NCBI GenBank assembly: GCA_010909165.1
Contig: VJWM01000259.1
Span: 62,001-126,000 of the forward strand
Length of the DNA stretch: 64,000 nucleotides
Reading direction: 5' to 3'
Source: Anthoceros angustus
Lineage: Eukaryota > Plantae > Anthocerotophyta
A model generated the notes under the pieces. It had not been told where the DNA came from. It worked only from the letters and a program-made list of their open reading frames with translations, and made no database searches. Below, piece after piece: positions 10,766 to 24,060 of the stretch. Every line of letters starts with the position of its first letter. Positions within the stretch are counted from its first letter, which is position 1. The position numbers were made by a program, and so were the translations under genes.

Positions 10766-12620
10766 ATGAGGATGGCTGATGTTAGGGGTCGATCTCGGGA
10801 GATACACGTGAGGTCACCTCACCACCGCAAGAGATTTACGAGCTTGGAAAGAAGGGAAGAGACCGCTACCGCCGCCACTCGAGGGCGCAGGAGGAAGAGG
10901 CGAGATCACCGGAGGAGGAGGAGGAAGCCGGCTCCTGGCGACGGAGGTGCGGAACGACGGACGGAGAAGGAGGAGGAAGAGGCGAGATCACCGGCGAGAG
11001 GAAGGAGGTCGGAAGAGAAATTGGTGTCCGAGGAAGGGCGCCTCCGAGCACGAGTTTTCACAACCGCCGCGAACGCCCGCGACGCTTTCTGAGCGGTGAT
11101 ACCACCCCAACTTCCAGCCGAATCGCGACGACGGTAGGTCCGAGGGGAATTTCGCTGGTCGAGGATTTGGCGGAACGACTGATCGAATCGATCGATTGAT
11201 CTGGGACGACCAGGGGAGGTCGCTACTCTGGTAGAAGATTTCGTGCTCAAGGATCCCGATGCTTTCTCTCCAAGGAAGAAGTGTTGGGGCGCAGGACGCC
11301 TCGAACGAGCAACATGAGTGGAGGAGGAGGAGGAGGGCCACCACATACCGCCAAAGAATACGCCAAATTCGCGAGAAGAAGAAGGGAGATGACGCGGAGG
11401 CGCTGTAAGAACTTTCGAGCACGCCTCCCACGCAATTTGGAGGATGGAGCCGACCGATCGCGCATCTTCCGGATCGCCGAGAGGGCATGCCCAACAAAGG
11501 GTATGGTCGCAATAATTCGCGCAACGGATTGGGAAGCTCTCAAGGCGCCTTCTTGAATCGGTTCCGAGGGCTCCACGCACACCACACCTTGGCAAGTTGA
11601 GAACCCTCAAGGAAGAAGCGAGAATCGTTGTTCGATTATGTGGAGAGGTTTTATGGATATCGATCGGTTCAAATGTGCACCCGAGAGGCCGGAGATCCAC
11701 CCACTGGTACTCACAAGAGCAAGCGTTGATTGGTTTGTGAGTGGCTTATCGCGAAAATGGAGGTACACGCAGAGGACGAAGACGTTAAGGAGCCTCCGCT
11801 TAGCCGAGGAATGGGAGTCCGAGTGGGGAGGAGGAGGAAGAAGAGGCGAAGTCATAAGAAGAGGAAAGGATCGAGGAGATCTAGCTCGCCTTCCTCCTCT
11901 CCTCCAGCCTCGCCCCTCATCGAAAGTGAGGACAATGAACTCGTGAAAGCTCCACATCGGATGAGGAATCGAGAAGGCCTACGAACGATTTAATGAAGAA
12001 GGACCGGAGAAGGTCAAAAGACGACAGAAGAGGCGGAACGCGCTTGGAGAAGGAGAGAAGGGAAGACGGTCCGTGGATGGAGAAGGGAGAAACGCAGCAG
12101 GAGGAGGGATTGCGGACAAGTGGAGGCTTTGACCAAGAGGTTGACCGAGTTAGAGGTCAAAGCGGAAGAATCAAGCTCCACGAAGATCTCCTCACAGCGC
12201 TTGGTGTATTGCTCAATGTCATCAAACGGGACACACCAACCGAGATGTATTCGACCGCACGTCAGAAATCATGTGGAAACCGCATGCCAGAGATTATTGG
12301 TATGTGGACGAGGCGTACCAGGTGCAAGCGGTCACTGGAAGTCGGCCACCTCAATCGATGAGGGCGACTTACCAACCTGCTACACCAGTGCCCCCAAGGT
12401 ATGGGTCGCGACCGACATCGCCAGGACCATGGAGACCGATCCATCGCAGGCCAATGGCGATTCCACAGTGGATGTTGATAATTGCGAGTCACTACTCAAA
12501 CGAATGCCCGTAACGGAAGCAAGTAGGTTATGTTTGCTGTATGTAAGGAATTGGGACATAAAATGGGGATCCTGTACGGGTGACGCGAGTGACACCGACG
12601 ACAGAGTCGTTCACCGAGCC
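10766..12620 (+). pseudogene. gag: Family-A gag remnant (capsid-like domain plus CCHC zinc knuckles)
   Basis: Retrotransposon gag blocks DWEALK..FLNRF, TL..LRTLK..RESLFDYVERF and DWFVSGL. Degenerate CX2CX4HX4C motifs lie at about 12245, 12465 and 12530. Confidence 0.75.
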
Positions 12621-13189
12621 TGAAGAGGCACGACCCAATCCCGAGACCGCGACATGACGCCACGTTGAAGGTGGAAGCGGAGTTCGATTTCGACGATCAG
12701 CAGACATCCGGAATTGTGGAGGAAGGAAGGAGAGATGAGCGATGAAAGGTTGATGGTGGCTGTGGTGACCACGATCGCCGAGAAAGGCCGGGATCAAACG
12801 GCGTGAGCAAGAGGAAAGGAAGCGGAGGAAGGTGAGGGACGACTCACCATGGCCTCCGGAGACGCGCGCGCCCGGGCGGAGAGAGCAGGAACCCACCCAA
12901 GCGGCATGCTACCCCTAGTCCGGCACCACGGGGTAGACCCAGTACCTAGGGGCGAGACGAAGGGGGGAGGGAGGAACGCTGCTCCTCCGACATTAGCCGG
13001 GCGGCGCGATGCCGGAAGGATGAGCTAACAGCTCACCCGACACGGAAGGTGGAGGTCGGAGCCGAAATTGAGGATCCGGGTATCCCACCAAGGAGGGATC
13101 ATGGAATCGAACTTTACCAATAAGGTCGGAATCGACCAGCCGCTGTCAAACGGGGAGGAAACTTGTCGATAAGATTCCGCCCGACGATT

Positions 13190-15520
13190 ACTTGACCGCG
13201 AATTTGTGGTCGGGCTTGTGCTATGAGTCCGAGATCCCGCAAAATTGTGAAGGAGGCGATCGGGGAATCAAGCAGAGGGAGAAACGCGTGGAGGTAAATG
13301 TGGTCGAACTGATTTTGGGGCACCCGAGATTGAGGTTGAGATTGCGGGATGTTTGGTGCCCAATGCCATTAGATTCGGATCGAGTCAACTTGATGACGGA
13401 GGAGACTCATCAACTTGGGTTCACCGAGTTTCACCCGCCCGAGTATTTTTACGGATGGCCGACATAAGGAGGAAGCCATTTAAGAATGTACCCACTATTG
13501 GGGTCTCACCTTCCATCTTACCTACATTGTGATGCGCCGCTCGGATAGGCTATAAGGTTTTGATAGGTAGGCCTTGGTTGTATGGTACGCGTGTTTTTGA
13601 TTTTGGTCGAGTGGCATCACCTTCAAGTCCAAGAGAAACGACGGCGATCGCTTTGTGTCATGGAGCAAGGCTCCCTACGAGGGGGAGTCTGCAATCCAGT
13701 CTGATGGGTACACCTCAGGTAGCACGGGGGTAAGCTCCTGCAAAAGGATGAAAGCATATCGGGGTCCTCACGAGGTCAAATAAAGAGTGATTTTGGTGTA
13801 CGCCTGCTATATATAGAGGAAGAGAGGAGTCCGAGGATGAGGCACATAGGGAAGGTGTAGCCTTTTGGAAGGGTAAGGCCTATGATCGAGATTTTCCGGA
13901 GAGGGATCCGAACCAGATAGTAGACCCGAGGACATATGTAGATCCCGGCGTAGAAGACCTAGAGTTAGAACCTAGCAAGGTAGTCAAGATTTCAAGTACC
14001 TAGGCCAGAGAAAAGAGGAGTTTTGAGGGTCCTTAGAGAATATGTCGATGTGTTTGCCTTCAAGATTAATCGACATGTGGATACCGGAAGAACCGGGGAT
14101 ACATCGAATCGACTTGAAGGAGGGCAAGACCGTGAGGATCAAGCAACACGAATCCCAAGTATTCCATGGTTGTTAAGGATCACCAATATTTGAGGCTGGA
14201 GTAATTTATCCGGTGCTCACCAGTGCGGGTCGCGCCCATCGAATTGTACCTAAGAAGCAACAGGGAAGGTCCGAAAAGTCGATTGTGAAGCTCAATGAAG
14301 CAAAACGAAAAGGACCACCACTTTTCATGGACAGCGTTGGACACACTTGGCTGCCATGAAATGTACGCTTCAGCGGGTACTGGGTTGCAATCGATTTCGC
14401 TGGAGAAAGGAGGTCAGTGACAAGACTACGTCACAACGGATTGGGGCAATACGCTTATTCCAAGCTACCTTTCGTTGTAACGCCCGCCACTCCAGCCTGG
14501 TGAACGCGATATTCGAGATTTTCCGAGGAAGTTCATGGAGGTATTCTCGGATGATTGCGGTTTGGAAGAGGAACGCATTTAGACCATTTGAGGCAATGTT
14601 TTGCGCGTGAGTCGAACATGAAACTTCATCCGTGGAAGTGTTATTTTGGTACGAGAGGCATTCGTTAGCACATCGGTCTCAGACGAGGATTAAGGTAGAT
14701 AAGGAGAAAGTAGCGGTGATAGCCGAGATGGACGACCCCAAACGGTGAGGCAAAGTAGCTTTTGTAGGACTAGTATTACAGAGGTTCATCAAGGATTTCG
14801 CCAAGAAGGCAGCCTTGTTGACACAATTGACCAAGAAGGATACACCTTCGAATGGACCAATGCAAGGCGAGGCTTTTCAAGGATGTTGGTGAGCCAACTT
14901 TACAACCGGGAGAAGCCATGATACGTGATGTGTCCGCTATGCCATTGGGGACCGCCTTTTAAGTAAGACGAGAAGAAACGGATCATCCGATTTTCTATGC
15001 GGTAGACAAATTACCTGATGCAAAAGAACTACTCAACCACGGAGCGGGAGGGTCTTGGTATCATTTACTGTAAGAAGTTTAGACACTATCCGCTTTTGCA
15101 AGGTTACGCTCATGTTGACCATTTGCTGAAGTATCTTGTCAACAAGCCGATTTGTCGAAGGATTGCCGATGGGTACTACAAGAGTTAATGACGAGAAACT
15201 AGGCCAGGAAGCAACATCGACGTCGATTTTCATTTCTCGCAAAACCGGAGAGCGACTTGAGCCAATGACCGATTTCCGACGAGGAGTTGGTGCCATGGCC
15301 TCACAAGGGGGAGGACGTGAGCATGTTGATGGCCTAAGAATTGATCAGCAAGTCTTGCCAACAGAGGGCCAAATGAGCAAGAAGGGAACGGGTGAAAAGC
15401 CGCAGCAGACAACTGGAACCGAGAGGATAAGCGGCGCGCAAGGAGGAGGCGAATGCTTCTCAAGGGTGAGCAATGAGGGCTGCAAGTGGAGGCCACACGT
15501 TGGCAAGGAAGAAGGAAGAA
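13190..15520 (+). pseudogene. pol: Family-A pol remnant: aspartic protease, RT, RNase H; integrase absent
   Basis: A(I)LDS..VNLMTEE (about 13360-13405), YKVLIGRPWLYG, HRIDLKEGK.VRIKQ, FMEVF.DD, DVSAYAIG and DAKKNYSTTER. Confidence 0.85.
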
Positions 15521-15839
15521 GAGGATGAGAAGATGAGTAGAGGATTAGAGGTGTAGGTGTTAGTGGAAGGCCTCCTATAAGAGGAGGAGGAGAAGGCCCT
15601 AGGGAGGTGGACACGCTGCAAGGAGGAGATGCGCTTCATGGAAGGTTTGAGCAAGTGTGGGGAGAATTGGCATGGGCACCACTCAAAATTCACCATAGAG
15701 AGGAAGGAGGAGGAGGAGAAGAAACGGATCATCCGATTTTGATGAGGCCATCACGAAATGGACTCCGAGGAAGGAGGAGGAGCATGCCAAGAGGAGGAGG
15801 AGACATAAACGCCGGTCGCTGGAACGCAAAGATGGGCGA

Positions 15840-18800
15840 TGTGGAACGTAAGTTTGGGCAACCAGCCCAAAAGAGCTCAAGACAAACAAAGTTTGATTTT
15901 TTTTGGCTAGAACGATTGAAGAGGAGCATGCCAAGAAATTTTCTCGAGAATCTTGAAGCCGGAGTTGTAGGATATTGTTAGGAAGATGAAGAGGATATCC
16001 CAGAAGAAGAACGGTCAAACCACCACGGTGAGGGCAACCAAGGTGGTGGCGTATCACCGTAGGTCGCCACACCACGCCGTAGGTCGAGAAGAAGGAAGCA
16101 TCACAAGGTAAGTCGTATCACCGTGGTAGGTCGACAATCTCGCTAAAAGGAAATTTAGAATAGAGGGGATATCCACTATATATGCTCACCAATAGGGAAT
16201 AAATATATAGAGTAATTAGAAGCGTTAATTAGGATAGAGTGATAGGAAAATAGGTAGTTTAGATAGAATTAGGATTTTGGAATGATGAATCCAATCTAGG
16301 GTTGTGCGCTGTGGCATATCCAAAGAGGCAAAGTGCGCTTTCCTTCCTCCACTCAAGAGCAAAAGGAGGGCGAGGAGGAGGAAGAGGAGGAGGAGCATGC
16401 CAAGAGGAGGAGGAGGAGGAGGAGGAGCATGCCAAGAGGAGGAGGAAGAGGCGAGATCACCGAGAGGGAGACCGTGGAAGGAAGGAAGGAAGGAAGGAAG
16501 GAAGGAAGAGGAGCATGCCAAGAGGAGGAGGAAGAGGAAGTGTGAAGCGAGCCAAGAAGGCGGAGGAGGAAGAGGATGAGAAGATGAGTAGAGGATTAGA
16601 GGTGTAGGTGTTAGTGGAAGGCCTCCTATAAGAGGAGGAGGAGGAAGAGGATGAGAAGATGAGTAGAGGATTAGAGGTGTAGGTGTTAGTGGAAGGCCTC
16701 CTATAAGAGGAGGAGGAAGAGGAGGAGGATTTCACAAAGTAAAGTATCATGTCTTGCGCCCACGCCAAGAAGCCCGAATCGAGGTTAGAATAGGAAGGAA
16801 GGAAGGAAGGAGGAGGAAGAGGCGAGATCACCGAGAGGAAGGAAGGAAGGAAGGAAGGAGGAGGAGGAGGAGGAGGAGGAGGATTTCACAAAGTAAAGTA
16901 TCATGTCTTGCGCCCACGCCAAGAAGCCCGAATCGAGGTTAGAATAGGAAGGAAGGAGGAGGAGGAGAACATCCAACTAGGATGGGTATGGCCGCCAATG
17001 GGCCTACACCAATTTGGAATTGATTGAGGAGTGTTACATCAACCTCCATCAATCGGAAGGCCCCGCCGCACGAAGGAATGCTAGATCCGCCCGTGACCAA
17101 GTATTCGGTGTATGGAAGACCGAGGAGGAGGAGAGCTCGAATTGCTCTCGAAAGGTCGAATGGAGGAAGAGGATGCCTCTCCGACATCCCGCAGGAGTTC
17201 CTTGACATGATGGATGGAGGAGTGAAAGCCCACGCCAAGAATGGTCGGAAGACCGAGAGCATCAAGGAGTCAAGTGGAGGCTCTTCGCAAAGATTGTGCT
17301 GTTGGTAAATTACCAACGCACTTCTTATTTCAAAGACCAACTTCCTCCAATTTTGTGGAAGATTTCCATGGGAGCCAAGCCGATTGGGGACTATCATGTA
17401 TGAGGCCTACATCCACCACCGAGAAGCTCCTCAAGCCAAATTCGTGGATGAGGAAGGCCAAGGCCCTATCTTAGCACCTATTTGGTGCATTTATGGGAAA
17501 CCGAGGGACTTCTCACAAGCAAGGAGCTTGAAGATGCATGGCATCCCTTTGAGGTCATCCACCTCCACCGAGGTTGGAAAGGCCTTTGCCTTTGCATTGC
17601 GAAGACGGTGGGAGGTCGACCTCCACAAGCATGCTAGAAGCAAGAGGAGAAGATGCGAGGCAACAAGGTTGCCGAGTGGGAATCTTTCCCCAGGAGCAAG
17701 CAAGGAGAGGAGAACCGCCGAGGAAGGCCGAATGGTGGTCTATGAGAGAAGGACCACAGGAGGGGTGATGCAGAGTGGGGAGTCCCCACCATCTCCTTTG
17801 TGCCTACGAGAGGCACCCCTGCACTACCAGGGGAGGCGCCACCCAAGGGGTGCACCGTGGCGCCCACCATGGTAGGTAGGCGACTACCAGGGGAGCACCA
17901 CCAGAGGTGCACCCCACGCCAGACCATGGAGACCGGAGGAAGGGAAGGAGAAGCTCCTCAAGCCAAATTCGTGGATGAGGAAGGCCAAGGCCACCATCTC
18001 CGCTACTGGGTGGGAGAGCGGATGGAGCGACAAGGAAGGGAAGACGGTCCGTCGGATGGAGGAGGAGAGCTGGAAATTTCCAAAGAAGAAGAGGGGTGGA
18101 ATTAGGACCCCTAGGAGAATTGCTGGGAGCTTGTGAAGCACTCACCGTGGATTTGAAGGGGCTAGGACCTAGCAGCCTCCTTGTGGGCATGCCAAGAGGA
18201 AGTGAAATCTCAAGACATGGCCGGAGGAAGGTGGGACCAAATGGCAATTGGAGGCCATGGAGTCCGATGAAAAGGCAGCCAAATTGGAAAAGGTCAGGAG
18301 AAGCTCCAACGCGACCTCATGAACAGCAAGCGGAGAAAGCCTGAGGGAAGTTGTCACAAGTCAAGAAAGAGCCATTCGGCAACAACCCAAAGGATTCTTG
18401 GAGGCAAAAGGCGGAAGAGCATTTTGCCCAATTAGAGCAAGAAAGGAAGAAGAGGCACTAGGAAAGGAGAAGGTAACTCCAAAGAAGTGGCGCACATGAG
18501 CAGTGATGGCTACTCAAGCTATCAAAATCCGGGATATGGGAGAGGAGTTGAGAAGGACCCGAGAAGGAGAGGAGGAGAAGCAAGAGGAGGAGGAGGAGGA
18601 AAGGAGAAGCAAGAGGAGGAGGAAGAGGAGCATGCCAAGAATTAGGACTGGAACAAAGGAGGAAGAGGAGGAGGAGGAGCCACAAGAAGGTGGTGCACAC
18701 GTGTAGTGAGGAAGCGATTTTGGCATTATGCCCTTCGTGCAAAATTGGCCAGCCAAAAGGAAGTGAGGGAGGAGAATGTAACCTCCATGTCAAGGTGGGA

Positions 18801-21800
18801 GAATTAACCACCGCAAGAGATGCCTACAAGGTAGGTGCGAGGATGGAGAGTGGCCCACGGAGATTGATGATCTCCAAATGCATCACAACTTGGGGCTCAC
18901 CTCCACAACAGATCTTGAAGGCCAACAACGAGTCTTACGGTTGGCCAAGAGGAGGACATTGGGTCCTCATGATGATGAAAAGGCAGCCAAATTGGAAAAG
19001 GTCAGGAGAAGCTCCTCAAGCCAAATTCGTGGATGAGGAAGGCCAAGGAGTCAAGTGGAGGAGGAAGAGGAGGAGGAGGAAAGGAGAAGCTCCTCAAGCC
19101 AAATTCGTGGATGAGGAAGGCCGAATGGTGGTCTATGAGAGAAGGAGAGGGAAGCCCCGGGGTCACACCCCCAGAGGTGACCCCACCACGGTAGTCCGCC
19201 AGACTACCGTGGGGATACCACGCCCAGTAGTCCGCCACCTCCTTGTGGGCATGCCAAGAGGAAGTGAGGGAGGAGGAGGAGGAGAAGCTCCTCAAGCCAA
19301 ATTCGTGGATGAGGAAGGCCGAGGCACTAGGAAAGGAGAAGAAGAGGAAAGGAGGAAGGTGAGGGACGACTCACCACTCCGAGACGCGGCCCAAGCGTGA
19401 GGAGGAGGAGGAGAAGCTCCTCAAGCCAAATTCGTGGATGAGGAAGGCCGAGGCACTAGGAAAGGAGAAGAAGAAGAGGAAAGGAAGTGAGGGAGGAGAA
19501 TGTAACCTCCATGTCAAGGTGGGGAATTGACCACCTCAAGAGATGCCTACAAGGTAGGTGCGAGGATGGAGAGTGGCCCACGGAGATTGATGATCTCCAA
19601 ATGCATCACAACTTGGGGCTCACCTCCACAACAGATCTTGAAGGCCAACAATGAGTCTTACGGTTGGCCAAGAGGAGGACATTGGGTCCTCATGATGATG
19701 AAGGAGCCACAAGAAGGTGGTGCAGCCGAGGCCTCCGATTTTGATGAGGCCATCAAATGGACTCGAGGAACTGAGGAGTCGAGGTGAAGGAGCCACCGGA
19801 GGAAGGTGAGGGAGGAGGAGGAGGAGGAGGAGGAGGAGGAGGAAGGTGAGGGAGGAGAATGTAACCTCCATGTCAAGGTGGGAGACAACCCCACCGGAGG
19901 AAGAGCATTTTGCCCAATTAGAGCAAGAGGAAGTGAAATCTCAAGACATGGCCGGAAGACCGAGAGCATCAAGGAGTCAAGTGGAGGAGGAGGAGGAGGA
20001 GGAGGAGGAAGAGCATTTTGCCCAATTAGAGCAAGAGGAAGTGAGGGAGGAGAATGTAACCTCCATGTCAAGGTGGGAGAGACAACCCCACCGGAGGAAG
20101 AGGAAGTGAGGGAGGAGGAGGAGGAGGAGGAGGAAGAGCATTTTGCCCAATTAGAGCAAGAGGAGGAGGAGGAGGAGGAGGAGGAGGAGTCCAACGCAAA
20201 AGGCGGAAGAGCATTTTGCCCAATTAGAGCAAGAGGAGGACATTGGGTCCTCATGATGATGAAGGGTGCTCTATGATAGGTATGGACAAACAAAAGGCAA
20301 GGGAAGAGGAAGTGAAATCTCAAGACATGGCCGGAGGAAGGAGAAGAAGAAGGAAGAAGGAGTTAGCCGACTACCACGATGGTAGTCGTCACCCCTAGTC
20401 CGCCGACTACCGCGTAGGGTGCAAAATTGGCCAAGAGGAGGAGGAGGAGGAGGAGGAGGAGGAGGAGGAGGAGGAGGAAGAGCATTTTGCCCAATTAGAG
20501 CAAGAGGAAGTGAAATCTCAAGACATGGCCGGAAGATGGAGGAAGGGCAAGATTGTACTTGCCCCACACATTAGGAAGCGGAGAAAGGCCGGGAAGGGCA
20601 AGAGCAAAAGGAGGGCGAGGGAGCCAATCCACCACCGGAGGAAGGCCCACGCCAAGAATGGCTGGAAGACCGAGAGCATCAAGGAGTCAAGTGGAGGCCA
20701 TGGAGTCCGAGGAGGAAGAGGAAGTGAGGGAGGAGAATGTAACCTCCATGTCAAGGTGGGAGAGCGGATGGAGGAAGGTGAGGGAGGAGGAAGAGCATTT
20801 TGCCCAATTAGAGCAAGAGGAAGTGAGGGAGGAGAATGTAACCTCCATGTCAAGGTGGAGGCAAAAGGCAGCCAAATTGGAAAAGGTGACTGCAGAGGGT
20901 CACCCAAGGGAGGTTGTATGTGGAAGGCCTCCTATAAGAGGAGGAGGATTTCACAAAGTAAAGTATCATGGCGCCCACGCCAAGAAGGCGGAAGAGCATT
21001 TTGCCCAATTAGAGCAAGAGGAAGTGAAATCTCAAGACATGGCCGGAGGAAGAGGAAGTCGTGGTGAGTGCTTGGTGGAGGACTTGCTCGCAAGTGCCTA
21101 AACGAGTTGCTCCCTTGTGAATGGTTGCTGTGAAATTGCTTTGCTTTGGGTGTGTGGCAAATGCCCAGAACTCGGCTTGAGGGTAGACTACAGGAAAGAC
21201 TCGGAGGTTCTCGCCGTCTGTGTCAAACTCATAGCAACCGCCCAAGGAAGAACTTGCTGGTGGAGGAGGAGGAGGAGGAGGAAGAGGCGAGTCAAACCAA
21301 GAAGCCCGAATCGAGGTTAGACTAGGAGGAAGAGGATGAGGAGATGAGAAGATGAGTAGAGGATTAGAGGTGTAGGTGTTAGTGGAAGGCCACGTGCAGA
21401 GCCTAAGGGACGAATCCCAACTGCAAGTAAAGCGCCCGAGTGGAGAAGAGTAGTCTTAGAAGTAGGGACGAAATCGCGGTGTGAACTGGGGTCCCCGGCG
21501 CCTGGTAGGCTCTTGCCGAGTGACCAATTGTGTTGTGTCGTTGTAGGTCAAGTTTGGTCTTAGAAGTAGGGACGAAATCGCGGTGTGAACTGGGGGTCAC
21601 CCAAGGGAGGTTGTATGTGGAAGGCCTCCTATAAGAGGAGGAGGAGAAGGACCCGCAATTGTGTTGTGTCGTTGTAGGTCAAGTTTGGTCTTAGAAGTAG
21701 GGAGGAGGAGGAAGAGGATGAGGAGATGAGAAGATGAGTAGAGGATTAGAGGTGTAGGTGTTAGTGGAAGGCCTCCTATAAGAGGAGGAGGAGGAGGAGG

Positions 21801-21927
21801 AAGAGGATGAGGCCATCACAAGGCCTCGAACTTTCACACAAGTCTCATGGGACGAAACCCAACGACGGCGGGATAAGTGTGGCGCTATAGTGGGAGGACG
21901 GGAGTGCCCCTGATTCTCCCTACCACA
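15840..21927 (+). mobile_element. Family-A LTR copy 2, internally scrambled and expanded (about 6.1 kb)
   Basis: Starts TGTGGAACGTAAGTTTGGGCAACC and ends TCCCTACCACA plus the PBS. It has the same ordered blocks as 5543-10570, interleaved with repeated fragments and (GAG)n runs. No PPT lies upstream. Confidence 0.75.
20435..20476 (+). repeat. (GAG)14 microsatellite; one of many (GAG)n runs in 16-34 kb
   Basis: Direct reading. Similar runs occur at about 19810, 24220, 28760 and 29105, with (GAG)15 at 34142-34186. Confidence 0.9.
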
Positions 21928-21931
21928 TTTT

Positions 21932-21946
21932 TGGCGCTGTCGGGAT
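21932..21946 (+). promoter_or_regulatory. PBS (tRNA-Asp type) after LTR copy 2
   Basis: TGGCGCTGTCGGGAT following CCACA-TTTT. Confidence 0.75.
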
Positions 21947-22034
21947 TTGTTGTTGAAAGGAAGTTTTGTGGTTTCCATCGCTAGGCTGTAGCATGCTTGA
22001 GAAGGGACCGAGGGTCACCCAAGGGAGGTTGTAT

Positions 22035-22381
22035 GTGGAAGGCCTCCTATAAGAGGAGGAGGAGGAAGAGGATGAGGAGATGAGAAGATGAGTAGAGGAT
22101 TAGAGGTGTAGGTGTTAGTGGAAGGCCTCCTATAAGAGGAGGAGGAGGAGGAAGAGGATGAGGAGATGAGAAGATGAGTAGAGGATTAGAGGTGTAGGTG
22201 TTAGTGGAAGGCCTCCTATAAGAGGAGGAGGAAGAGGATGAGGAGATGAGAAGATGAGTAGAGGATTAGAGGTGTAGGTGTTAGTGGAAGGCCTCCTATA
22301 AGAGGAGGAGGAAGAGGATGAGGAGATGAGAAGATGAGTAGAGGATTAGAGGTGTAGGTGTTAGTGGAAGGCCTCCTATAA
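22035..22381 (+). repeat. Tandem repeat, four units of 83/86/80/80 bp built from two LTR fragments
   Basis: GTGGAAGGCCTCCTATAA recurs at 22035, 22118, 22204, 22284 and 22364. The units differ only in GAG number. Confidence 0.9.
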
Positions 22382-22389
22382 GAGGAGGA

Positions 22390-24060
22390 GGAGGAAGAGG
22401 CGAGATCACCGGCGAGAGGAAGGAGGTCGAGAAGAAGGAGGAGGAGGAGGAGGAAGGGCGCCTCCGAGCACGAGTTTCACACCGCCGCGAACGCCCGCGA
22501 CGCTTTGCTTCTCAAAGCGGTGACACCACCTCATCTCCAATCGACAGTGACGACGAGGTCGCCGAGCGGGAGTTTCGTGCTTGGTCGGAGGATTTGGCGG
22601 AACGACTCGATCGAATCGATCGATTGATCTTTGGGACGAACTAGAGGGAGGTCGCTACTCCTCAAGGATCCCGATTTGTTTCGTTACCCCGGCGAGAGGA
22701 GTGTTGGTCCCGGACACTCCGACGAGCAACATGAGTGGAGTTGGTGGAGGAGGAGGACCGCCAACTTCATAGTCGCCAAGAATACGCCAAATTCGAGAAG
22801 AAGAAGGGAGATGACGCGGAGGCGCTTGTAAGAACTTTGAGCATGTCTCCCACGCTAATTGGAGGATGGAGTCGATCGATCACGATCTTCCGGATCGCTG
22901 AGAGGGCATGCAATGCTGGGTATGGTCGCACCTATAATTCGGTCGCCGGATTGGGAAGCTCAAGCATTCTTGAATCGGTTCGAGGGCTCATATGCACACC
23001 ACACTTTAGCAAAGTTGAGGACCCTTCAGAAGAAGAAACGAGAATCTTTGTTTGATTATGTGGAGAGGTTTTACGATATCCGGATCGAGTTCAAATGTGC
23101 ACCCGAGAGGCCGGAGATCCACCCACTGGTACTCACAAGAGCAAGCGTTGGATTGGTTTGTGAGTGGCTTGTCTCGAAAATGGAGGTACACCGCACGTGG
23201 GACGAAACCCAACGACGACGAGGTCGCCGAGTCCGCCGAGGAATGGGAGTCCGCCGAGTTGGGAGGAGGAAGAAGAGGCGAAGTCATAAGAAGAGGAAAG
23301 GATCGAGGAGATCTAGCTCCTCGCCTTCCGCCACCTCCTCCAGCTGGCCACCTCAATCCATGAGGAAGGAGAGGAGGAGGAACTCAAGAAAGCTCCACAT
23401 CGGATGAGGAAGGAGGTCGAGAAGAAGAAGAAGAAGGAGAGGAAGGAGAAGGAGAGGAAGGAGAAGAAGCGGAACGCATTGGAGAAGGAGAGGAAGGGAA
23501 GACGGTCCGTCGGATGGAGAAGGAGAGGAAGGAGGAGGAGGAGGAGGAATTGTGGGACAAGTGGAGGCTTTGACCAAGATTGACCGAGTTAGAGGTCAAG
23601 GCGAAGAATCAAGCTCCACGAAGATCTCCTCACCGCAAGGCGCTTGGTGTATTGCTCAATTTGTCATCAAACGGGACACACCAACCGGAATGTATTCGCA
23701 CCACGACATGCGTAAATCATGTGGAAACCGCCATGCCGGAGATTATTGGTATGTGGATGAAGCTTATCGTGCAAGCGTCACCGAGTCGGCCACCTCAATC
23801 CATGAGGGCGACTTACCAACCGACTACACCAGCCCCTCGAGGTATGGATCGCGACCGACATCGCCAGACCATGGAGACCGATCCATCGCAGGCCGATGGC
23901 AATTCCACAGGTGTTGTTACAATATGGAGCACCGTGTCACTACTCAAATGAATGTCCGTAACCACGAAAACAAGTGGTTATGTACCCTTTTGTCAAGTGT
24001 AAGGAATTGGGGACATAAATGGGGATCCTGTGTGGCGCGAGTGGCACCACAGTGGGTCGA
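22390..24060 (+). pseudogene. gag: Family-A gag remnant, copy 2
   Basis: ORF 22859-23407 contains AFLNRFEGSYAHHTLAKLRTLQKKKRESLFDYVERFYDIRIEFKC. Zinc-knuckle remnants lie at about 23690, 23912 and 23985. Confidence 0.8.

Noticed and set aside
10906-11700. 264-aa minus-strand ORF
   Set aside because: It is the antisense shadow of the GC-rich gag remnant, has no independent motif, and is not preserved in gag copy 2.
22035-22381. CRISPR-like array
   Set aside because: The units are contiguous with no unique spacers, are made of LTR sequence, and no cas genes are present.
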